Shown: piece by piece, positions 54,201 through 64,000 of the stretch
How positions within the stretch are numbered: the stretch's first letter is position 1
How the letters are laid out: every line of letters begins with the position of its first letter
Origin: Schmidtea polychroa
Taxonomy: Eukaryota
Direction of reading: 5' to 3'
DNA length: 64,000 nucleotides
Assembly: GCA_044892525.1 (NCBI GenBank)
Contig: CM097885.1
Coordinates: 12,464,001-12,528,000, forward strand
Notes under the pieces: model-generated
Seen by the model: only the letters and a program-made list of their open reading frames with translations
Databases searched by the model: none
What the model was told of the DNA's origin: nothing
Made by a program: the position numbers and the translations under genes

Positions 54201-56158
54201 TTGTTGAAAATTTTTTGTTTAAATGAAATTCTTTACAAACAGCTTTGGCATCACAGCTGATAAAAAAAATATTGTGCAGTTCATTTTTCTTTGAATATTC
54301 TTCGCTCAGCATCAATATATTTTAAGTTTTGCAAAACGGCAACTGTTCGCTAGGAATATTTATTGAAGTGTCAAATATAATTCATCATTATATTTGTATC
54401 ATGGTACAAGTGTAACAAGATATGACATTAAAGATTTTCATTTTGGTATTATTCTGCGTACGACGTCATTTGATAGTATTTTGTGAGGAGTGAAGTTGGC
54501 TGTTATGCGGTATGCCTAAGGTGACCAGACGTCCCGCTTTTGGCGGGACAGTCCCGATTTTTCACGATTTATCCCGCGTCAAAATGAAAAAAAATATGTC
54601 AAGGAATAAAATATTATACAATTTTTTATATTTATAAATTGTACTTATGTTAAAAATCAAAAAATATTACCATATTATTTTTATTCTATATGAAAATTTT
54701 TGTTGATACCCTCCTCCTTCAAAGTTGTCCCGCTTTGCCCATCTAAATATCAGGTCACCTTAGGTATGCCATATCTTGTTATATTTGTACCATGTATAAA
54801 TGTCATTAACATCTGTTTTGTAGTACATGTTCACATGTGTTTTGTGGTAGATGTTAAATAACTCACATCTCAAACACAATGCTCTCTTTATTGAATATTC
54901 ATTTTTATGTGAAATTTAGGAATGTTTTTGAAGTGAATTCTTATTGCAATACAAAATGATTAACTGCAAAATATTGAAAAAAAATTGTTATATAAATTAA
55001 TTTCAAATGTACTTTTTTTGCTTTGGGGCCGGCTAAAACATTAAATCTGCCCTGGAAATTCTCTACTGCAACAGCTGGAATCAGCAATTTCTTCAATTAC
55101 TCATATTGAAGATCAGAGCAACGTTATTACTAAATTGCTGAAAAAAGATTTAATGATTTTAACAAACAAAAAGGGGGACAGATAATTTAAATATAAGCAG
55201 AGCGCGGTTTTTCAATTGCAGGCCTGACTGGGATAAAAATTAGAACTCGCCTGAATTTTGAAAGTTTCCATCCAATTATTATTTTTAAATAAACATTAAA
55301 AATGAAATAAATTTAAATATTATTATTATATATGAATTATTAAATATATATTTTATTGGAGAATCCTTAATATTTTTTCGAGTATCCCACTTTGAGTAAC
55401 AATGATATAGAGAATGTTGAATGTTGACATTTTAAAATATCCCTTAAACTTGTCGATATCAGAATTATTATTTGTCTCGGACGCATTTATTGCGATAATC
55501 ATGAGTTGGGGAATATTAGGTTTAAGTTCCAATTATTTCATTGACCTATTACTGAAGGTTATTGAGTCTAATATGGCGCAATAAATTTTGTTCCTCACTG
55601 TAATGAAATATATTTCTATCTTTATTCTATTTATGTCTATCTATTATTTTTATCTGTTTTATTTATATATGCAATGTTACTGGAATAAAATACTGCCATT
55701 ACTAAATGGTATCAAATTTTTCGAATGCAACGCCTAGTTACTCAGTGCTGACGCATACGTTTGGCATTATTATTGTTAAGTTTATTCACCGAGATTCTCT
55801 AAAATTTGAATTCAATTTAGAATTATCCAAATCATGTCAAAGGACATTTACTGCTTGGGGATATTCTTTTGAATTACAAGAGAGATTTGCCAGCTGCCTT
55901 TTTGGTAAAGAAATAAAATGATAAAAATCTATTTATAAAATTATTTAGAATTTCCAAAAGGCATCGGAACTAGAGCCGAAAAATGCTCAAGCAAAACATA
56001 ACCTCTGTGTAGTTATGGTTGAACAGAACAAATTGGTTGAAGCTGAAAGTTGCCTAACAGAAGCTGTGCAATTATCTCCAAATGAAAACTATATCAAACA
56101 ACATTTGAATATAGTACGTAACCGGTTGGGTTACTCAACCTCGAATTTTATTCCATAG
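39595..56158 (+). CDS. TMTC3: Protein O-mannosyltransferase TMTC3; exons 39595-39780, 39824-39960, 40065-40146, 45180-45285, 47797-48094, 50574-50829, 50874-51028, 51082-51162, 51208-51345, 51394-51518, 51560-51746, 52849-52921, 53006-53092, 53138-53205, 53256-53376, 53419-53523, 55821-55904, 55949-56158 (alternative end 56189 if one more short intron)
   Basis: [103 protein letters not shown] and TPR repeats; all junctions are GT-AG and keep the frame. Confidence 0.95.
40749..42608 (+). mobile_element. Merlin transposon remnant in TMTC3 intron 3, interrupted by a family A element
   Basis: Inverted termini [75 protein letters not shown] and YLHEFIYR. No TSD found. Confidence 0.8.
41018..41912 (-). 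mobile_element. Family A element, inverted full copy (895 bp)
   Basis: TGTTG...CAACA; 4-bp TSD ATGG (41014-41017 and 41913-41916). Confidence 0.88.
43385..44650 (+). mobile_element. hAT (Buster/Charlie) transposase remnant
   Basis: [36 protein letters not shown]...[12 protein letters not shown], and SEV*WFS. Confidence 0.8.
45368..46400 (-). mobile_element. Tc1-type element with IR/DR termini and an internally deleted transposase
   Basis: TIRs (C/T)AGTGAGCAAAAA..TATGGAA.CATGAG, with inner repeats near 45560 and 46190. The paired-like HTH region joins directly to the C-terminal LVDSIP...SGYPIKY, so the DDE core is absent. Confidence 0.85.
48098..48203. repeat. (ATT)n microsatellite at the start of TMTC3 intron 5
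   Basis: Near-perfect ATT array. Confidence 0.97.
48629..50070 (+). mobile_element. Internally deleted hAT element
   Basis: TIRs CAGTGCCGTGACTAA / TAGTGCAGTAACTAA; TSD CTATGTAT / CTCTGTAT (7 of 8); [44 protein letters not shown]. Confidence 0.88.
53700..54340 (-). mobile_element. hAT (SPIN/GTF2IRD2-like) transposase remnant
   Basis: [11 protein letters not shown]..., [23 protein letters not shown] and LTSDER...TDG-like fragments. Confidence 0.5.
54517..54762. mobile_element. hAT (Blackjack-type) MITE, 246 bp
   Basis: TIRs TAAGGTGACC(A/T)GA; perfect 8-bp TSD GGTATGCC; internal GTCCCG repeats. Confidence 0.92.
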
Positions 56159-59100
56159 AAAAAGGATTTATATTGCCAATGAAGAATAAAATTCTGGGGT
56201 TGTAATTCTAGTGAAAAATAAAATTTGATTTTTTCAGTAATATATTTATATATTTTAATAGAAATGATTTGAGTTACAATAAGAATTGCGGTATAGAAAT
56301 TAGCTAGCCATTAGGTAAATGTTGCGATTGGTAAAAATATATCAAACATGAAAAATCATAAAAAATAAGTGACAATAAAAGTTTATCGTTTTGTGTAACC
56401 TTTGAATCCAATAGTGTTAATATTTCATTTAATAATATTAATTTTGTCATTACTCTGTTAGGCTTCGCGCCTCATGAAATTTCTTATCTTTTCCATCACT
56501 TAAGTTTTCAAAGTGTGTCACATGATGTTTGGGGCAGAATCTAAGGAAAACCTTTGGTAAATAGTGAATTTTTCATTTAATTTTATGTATGGTTTATTAA
56601 TAATTATCATTTATATCGATTATAATACAGAATGACTCCAATAAAAGTATAAGTAGTCAAATGAGTGAGAAGTTAATTAGATATTAAATAGGTCATATAA
56701 TATTTTGATTTATCTATATTTTATCTATATACAAAAGCTGTGTAAAATGTTAAGAAAACCTATAAAGAAAGGCACAACTAACGGTAAGCTTAGCAATAAA
56801 TTATACACGAGACCCCTAGTATAAAATTTTTTTAATATCAGATTAAAGCCCCCCTTCCTAAACATAAACATTTTCAAAAATTCGGCTGTTCATTTAACAA
56901 AGAACTTTTATTTTTTAAAGATTTCCATTGTATTTTATGGTCATACTTCGACTCTTCTGGGTTTGTTTGTAGTGTGTCAAAACCTTCAAAAGGGTTCTAA
57001 ATTTTTGAATTTCCTACAAATCATAGGATTCCAAAATTTTTTATCGTCATAGAGTGTGTGTGCACTACATTATGGTGCTACTTAGACCTTCGAGGGTGCA
57101 AGCATGGTGAGTCAGAACCTTCAAAAGTGTCCAAATTTTAAATTTTCTCACACATTTAAAAGTTTGGTAGCATCATGGAAAACACGGTGGACTCCATCTT
57201 ATATTGGTTATAGATCACCAAGGTCAAAAGTCCAAAAACTTAAATGTCTTAGAATGTTTTCTGCTCATTTTTATTTAAAATTTAAAAAATTTTTAAAAAT
57301 TAATAGACTTTTGTACGGTATTTTAATATGATGATGTATATATCGGATGAAAAATGAGATAAATATTTAAAATTTTAAAATAAGTTTTCAAATTTTCCAC
57401 ACATATCGTATGATAAAATATGATAAAAGAACAAATAATTCCCTAGTCTATGTTCAAAATATTAAAATAATTTTTAAAAAGTCAATATTTTTGTAAAAAT
57501 GTTTTAATATACAATCTATACATCACTGAAAAAGAGAAAACAAATATCTATCGAATGACAAATTAATCAATCTATTGCCATATAAATTGAAAATAATTTT
57601 CAAATTTTTAAAAGTTTTAACACTATTCCTACCGGGATCGGTCAAATGGCCATTTTTAAATTTTCAATCGGAATTTCCTACATTCAACGTAAGCGAAACA
57701 CCTTTAAACTTTATGACTTTTCCTCATATATATGTATGATACATTTTTCAATATTCACTTATTTTTTTATAGTTTATTTTCTGAGAAAAATTTGTAGTTT
57801 GTCTTACCTACCACGACCGGTCATTTGATGTGTTGATGTGTTGTAGAGTATTGTTATGATCGATCTAATGGACTTGATTTAGATTCTAACACAGATTTTA
57901 TTTGATTTCAAAAGATAAACTCTCTGGATTATAGATGTAATTTAATTAAAACCAAAGATCGTTTTGAAAATACAAGTTTATAAAGTCTATTTATAAATGT
58001 TCCCAAAAATGCCGCTTCTTTCTCTAGGATAGAAATCGGTTATTCAAACCGTCCTCAGAAATAAGTGTCAAACACTGGGTCTGCTTGGTTATCACAGCGC
58101 TGATTTATTGTAATAGGATGAAAAAGTTGTGGGATTCCCGAAGTTTAGTACCAGGTTATGCTAAAGTTTTCCTAATATAAACCCTCTTTAATTTTTACTT
58201 CCAAATTCTTACATGTTGTCAGTTACCTCCAGATGAATACCACTCCATAGTTCTTAATTGAACTTTTGTAGACAAATCATCCTTGTTTTTTATTCTGTTT
58301 CATTTATCATTTACATCTTTTTGGGACTGCTGTTTGTATTTGTCAGGATATGTTCTCAAATAATTATCATACAATTTATGTTTATACCTTCTAATTTCTT
58401 TCTTTTAAATACCACAATAATAATGTTGAATAATTAAATGATAATCTAAGCCTTTTGGTGCAAATAATATATTTAATACAAATGAAAAATTTTCGACTTA
58501 TCGATATTCGAAAATATTTTCCTATGTGTTAAATATATTATTTGCAGCAAAATGCTTAAATTACCATTCCATTTAATTGTTTAAAATTTAATTAATGCTG
58601 CTACCAAGAAATCATCACTTTATAATAATGTTGAATGGTGAAATTTGTCACACAAGTTTATTATAAAACTTAAAATGTCCTTGGTCAGTGATATTAAGTT
58701 TGAAATAAGCAGTAGTTTTAAGCACATAGCACAAATAATATTTTGGTAATCTAATTATGCTTTTAAAAATTGGCGAAGTTAGCTTATAAATTACATTATT
58801 TACCTGTAAGCTACGGCTTCCCAAACCAATTTCGTCTCGTTATCATTTGAAATAAAAATCATTTCCTCATCGGGCCACAAAACCACATAGCTCCATATAA
58901 TGTCTTTGTGGTTAACCACTAAACTCAGTGGATTTCTTTCGAGATGAATAAAATTTATCCAGAAAAAATATTTAGTATAATTTTTTGATAAAAAAGAAGT
59001 ATTTGGTTACGTAACATTTTAAAAAACATCCACCGCTCCCACCATAACAAATTTTCAAATCCGCTCCTTCCGGTGGACCGTCGCGTAATTTATCAACAGC

Positions 59101-59266
59101 CTCCTAATTCTGAAAATTATTATATTTATTATAACCATAAATTAACAAGTTGAGCTCATATATATTTCATAAAAATCACTTAAAAGACAAAATACTAAAT
59201 CATGAACCAAAAATCATCGATGCGTAACCCGATTTTATCACTTATTTAACTAAAAATTAAAAAAAA

Positions 59267-59761
59267 TTATTCAATCATTAAATTAATCCCAAATATACTT
59301 TTTTGTTCACAATTTTCTTCTTTTGTATACAACGCATCGCAATACGGATCCAACTTTGCGTATCGTTTGTCGCATGAACTGTCAACTTCATCGTATGCAT
59401 TAATGCAATGTCCATCGAGTTTACCGTACTTTTTGATACAATTTTTCGACAGTCTCATTTGGCATCGTCCACTAAGTTTCAAGTAGTTTACGTCACACGT
59501 TTTATACAGCTGTTTGTAACTACCGTCGCAGTCATTGTCGAGTAAATCGTATTTTTTGTCACATTCAGCATCAACCTTATCGAGAAATTTGGTGCATTTC
59601 ATCCATTTTTTCTCATAATTGTTTGAAATTTCGTCTTAACATTTATCACTGAAAGATAATCCTCCAAGTCTATTTTTACCTTTGAAAAACTTTGGCCTTT
59701 CCAAACCGTTAATCCGCAGAACTGCCAAAATCACAATGAAAGCATAAATGATCCGTAACAT
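59267..59761 (-). CDS. Secreted 149-aa protein with Cys-x10 repeats; exons 59761-59680 and 59634-59267
   Basis: ATG plus hydrophobic leader MLRIIYAFIVILAVLRING; a 45-nt GT-AG intron removes the only in-frame stop; 10 regularly spaced Cys. Confidence 0.75.
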
Positions 59762-60879
59762 CGTTTTGACAAGTTGTAATTACACTACTGATAATATTTA
59801 AAGTTAAGATTATTATAATAATATAAAATCTGTGGGCTACAATTTCGATGTGTAGGCCAAAATAGACTACGCATTATTCATACTGAGCCTGAATTATCAT
59901 AAAATCTAAACTATTCAAGAAACTGATGTTTATGATATTTCACTTTCACGGAACAATTAACCAAAATAGCTATGAAAGCAAAGAAAATAACAGGAATAAC
60001 TGCCTCATTATACAGATCATACCTTCCCTAGAGTATGAGAGGACCAAATGTCAAGGAAGTCTTTCATTGAAACTTTATAGGGAGTCGCAAAAGCTTTTTT
60101 CAAAGTTATTCACTTAGGTTATTTACAAGTTCAGAAATATTTATTGGAAAATCCATGATCAAAATTCCACGATTCGTATATTATTTATTAAAAAAATACG
60201 TGAAATCCGGGATAAATCGACTAATATATCATAAATTATGATAGAAATTAAAAAGCAAACATTCGAGCTTACAACAGAAATCAAGAATTACACCAAAGTG
60301 CACTTGATAATCAAATAAAAATTTATAGTTTTTTTCTATCCTATCTGATGATGAGAGGAAAACTGTAGAAATATATCGTGAAACGCGCGACTGAGTGACA
60401 CTTTCGAATTATTGTATAATTATTTACCAAAAGGTGAAATTTGTTTTTCAAATTGCAATGATTGATTTATAATGCCATAGCTCTTAGTGAATGTAACAAA
60501 AAAACATAAAATTTACATAAAGCTTGGACTGGGATGTTATAGAGGATCCCATAATCTTTGGTGCCATTATCAAAAAAGATTTTTAAATAGGCGCTTGAGG
60601 GTACTTGGTGGATCATACAGTTTGGGAGCGAACGATAAGCAGTGATATTACCTGCGTGGAGTAATTTCAGATGGACACTGCAATATGTTGGGCTCGAACC
60701 CATGAAAGTTCCAAACCATATTAAGTCTCAGGGTACATGTGCACCTCAACAACAATACTCAAAATACGATCAAACATCAATTAAACAAAAATAAGAAAAT
60801 AATAAGTAAAGGAATTAAATAAAAATATATATAATAAAATTGCAGAGTAAGAAGTCATTAATAATCACATTTAAAATAA

Positions 60880-61140
60880 TTAAGGTCCTGAGCGTATTTC
60901 CTATGTAAATTTCTTAGCATACATTGCACGTGATGCAATAGCCAATGTTTTTTCGAAAGCATATATGTTTCGGTGTCTGGCAGTTTTACATTGTACAATT
61001 GTTTTCATTTTTTGTGTTGTTTGTCAGACCTTTTTTCAATGTCCAAGATTTATGTGCTATACGAATTGGAAGGCCAGTGCGCATAAGTTCTTTCAGGATC
61101 TTCAAGTCGAGTAAGTCATTGATTAATTTAATATTCAGAT
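60880..61140 (-). mobile_element. Penelope-like GIY-YIG endonuclease remnant
   Basis: LPIRIAHKS...NCQTPKHICFRKNIGYCITCNVC*EIYIGNTLRTL. Confidence 0.7.
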
Positions 61141-63329
61141 AAAATTATTTCTTCTTTTTTGTGTTATTTCCCTAAATCTTTTTGGGTTTGAATTCATTTT
61201 TGTAAATTTTAAATACTATTTATATTTAGTTTCTAACTTATTTATAAAACAACACCTCTCAACTCAATGTGGGTTTCCTCATCTCGGACCCCGACAAATG
61301 CGTTGAAAATATATACACACGCATCACTTAAAGTTAAATTAAAATTAAAACAAAGTAATTAAGACACAAATATTAAAATAATAAAACATATTTAAATAAA
61401 ATTAAAAAACTCAAGTTGTAAAATTCTATATAAAATGAATTGTATTACTTAAGACCTCCTAATTTAGTCATATCTTGCAAAAAAATTCACCATTTTCAAT
61501 TTGAAATCCATCGTGGAGACGAAATGATAAAGAAAAAAGAACAATCAATGATGTGTAAAAAAGCAATGTGTAAAAAATAATTCATAATAATATTTGATAA
61601 TATATTATGGTATTTCCATTTGAAAAACCTAAATAATTATTAAATAAATTAAATTAAAATTTGTTTGTTTTAAATCATAAACTTAATCAATTTATCAAAT
61701 AATTGTAGTTACTAAAATTAATAGCTTCAAAAATTCGTAGGAAATATGTGCATGCAAGCATGACTGATTCTGCGTGCGGGTAATCGAAAGATTAGTGAGA
61801 GAAATCGATATATGCAATCATGAAACCTCTCACTTGCTAAGAAAGATTACAAAGCTCAGCAGATCCAATGGAGACTCACTGACTAAAAATCAAGTACAAA
61901 TAGACGCGTAAAATAGTTTCTCACTCACAGCGAGTAACAAAGTTTCAAAATTTTGTTTAACTAAGTGACTATTAACTAAATTTTGATGAACATTTTATTA
62001 CTAAGTGGTATTTTATCCTATAATATGCAGATGATTGTGCCCGCGTCCTAAAAATGACACTAGCAGATCCAACACCCAATATGGTAGCTAGCTTACTATA
62101 TTTTGCCATGCAAATTGATTATGCATTTGATATTTTTCATTAATAAATTTTTGACTTTGTGTATTAATAATTGTTTCGGATGTTTGACCAGTTTGTAGTG
62201 GTGATAACAGTGGGACTTAAAATTTATTTTAAACTTAGGTTTAGTTAATGACGTTTGCTGTCGTTCATTGATTTTTTAATATTTTTTATGTTTAAAATAA
62301 AAAACTTAGAAAAATTGTTTATCTATATTAAAAAAGATAAAATTATTGTGTTAATATATTCAAAAAAAATAAATTGAATTGAAATTTGGTCTTAGTTATT
62401 TGTATTTATTGTAATGTTTTACAAATTTGAATCTACTAATGAAAGTGATGAAAAGTCTGAAATGGAAACAGAATGTTTTGAAAAGATGGAATCAGAAATT
62501 ATATTTCAAAATGATAATGCACAAAAATATCGATGTTTCGGATGTAATATTAATTTTCAAATGTATGGGTGATTTCAAAAACATGCAATCCATATGTATT
62601 CTGTTGTTATTTATGAATGTCACAGGTGGTTCTCACCATGTAAAAGTTATAAAAAAACTTGCAGAAAGTTCAAAATCTCGACCCCATAAATCGATATATC
62701 TATACGATGAATCGATATTCAAATTTTCAAATGTATAAATGTAGAACAGTCATCAACAGCTACAAGATATATTAACGGAAACAGCCCAAAATTCGTGTCT
62801 AAAAACAATTGAATAAAGAATTCTGATGGTATTGAAAACAGTATAGATAATGTGATATTAATTAAGCCTAAAGTCATTCCTGAATTAAATCACACAAAAG
62901 TATCAATTCTATCTCTCAATGCTTCATGTTCGATTGAAAAGGTCTCAGAAGATTTAATTAAATTTCTACGATTGATGATACCACTGGATATTTAAAATTT
63001 TCACTTATTGGTTATTTAGTTACGTTATCTTCACAGTTCTTTATGGATAAACATTGCTCAAACGCAGTATCTGCAAATTCTCTTGAAGTTGAATGAAAAC
63101 ATAATCTATTAACAATTGCCTATGATAATGACGAACAACGATTGCCAATGATACATGGATTCTTGACAAATTCCTAAGTTAGGTTCTTTTTGAAAGAAAG
63201 ATCAACATTTTACAGAAAAAAGACGATCTAATGAACGAATAGGACGATATAACCACCCAATAATTATAAGTAAATATTTTCTATGTAATAAATGTTCAAT
63301 TTATGTTTTATTTTGTTTTTTATGTTTCA

Positions 63330-63620
63330 GATGCTTATTTGGGTCTCTAGTTGATTGTCAAACATCCCAAAAATTATTATGAGATCCTGCTGAGAGTTTG
63401 GTATCCACTGACTAGGGACTGTAGAAGTTCCAGTCAGTGATATTTGAACAATCGGACCTGATTTTATTGTATGCACTATAATGCTACTTCACATGCAGAT
63501 ATTGTCACTAAGATTTTTTAAACCACGATTTGATGCCAACAAGTTATTCCTATGTTGTGACTTAGGAAGACTGATCCATCATCGGACAATTTTAATTCTT
63601 TCAAAGAGTTAAAGTTTAGT
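63330..63620 (-). mobile_element. hAT (Buster-type) C-terminal remnant
   Basis: Degenerate ILVTISACEVAL... region resembling the PFxTTYLCExxFS block. Confidence 0.4.
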
Positions 63621-63722
63621 TGGCCACATAGAAATAAAAAAAAATTTGAAGAACTTGGGAAACACTGTGAAAAAAAGTAGGAAAAAAGGAAATTACATAT
63701 AAATTTTTTTTTGTCTTTCTCA

Positions 63723-63790
63723 CAGTGGCGTAGCGAGGTGGGGGCGAGGGGTGACAGTTGCCCCGGGCGCCAAAATTTTTGGGGCGCCGG
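63723..63790. mobile_element. GC-rich DNA transposon terminus (hAT-like)
   Basis: CAGTGGCGTAGC...GCCCCGGGCGCC terminus pattern; the partner end is not in the window. Confidence 0.55.
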
Positions 63791-64000
63791 ATTGAACGCA
63801 ATATATATAAAATATATAAATATAGCCAAGCATTGAAATTTTTTTAAAATAAACGATGAAAAAGGGATTTTATTTTTCTGTTTTCCAGTTTTTTCTAGTT
63901 TTGTTATATTTTTATATTTTATATTTTATATTTTTTTAAAATATTATTTTAGAATTTATTAATATGCATTTTATATTTGGCGTTTTTACATATGTCTATA

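Noticed and set aside
56800..57830. Repeat-like segment with recurring AACCTTCAAAAG
   Set aside because: Likely a non-autonomous element, but no termini or TSD could be established.
62420..63270. Decayed C2H2-like coding sequence
   Set aside because: Fragmented by stops; the family cannot be assigned by eye.

Overview
AT-rich eukaryotic (very probably metazoan) genomic DNA with many 41-53 nt introns and a dense load of decayed transposons. The species cannot be determined from the sequence. Host genes reconstructed by hand: NDUFA10 (minus strand, at least 4 exons), an 18-exon TMTC3 (plus strand, 39.6-56.2 kb), a MESD-like LRP chaperone, an intronless 4-TM protein with innexin/pannexin/LRRC8-like topology, and a small secreted protein with regularly spaced cysteines. 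Damaged gene copies: actin, IWS1, MANF/ARMET and possibly a GPCR. Mobile DNA: a Maverick/Polinton remnant (integrase plus minor-capsid-like ORF), Merlin, MULE, several hAT elements and MITEs with 8-bp TSDs, an internally deleted Tc1 and a Penelope GIY-YIG fragment. The most unusual feature is two families of TG...CA elements with 4-bp TSDs and no recognisable enzyme. Family A is about 0.9-1 kb and solo-LTR-like. Family B is about 5-5.4 kb; its two full copies share ends, structured blocks and satellites but carry different payloads: orphan GC-rich ORFs in one and an intron-containing MANF copy in the other. All family assignments come from motif recognition by eye, not database searches.
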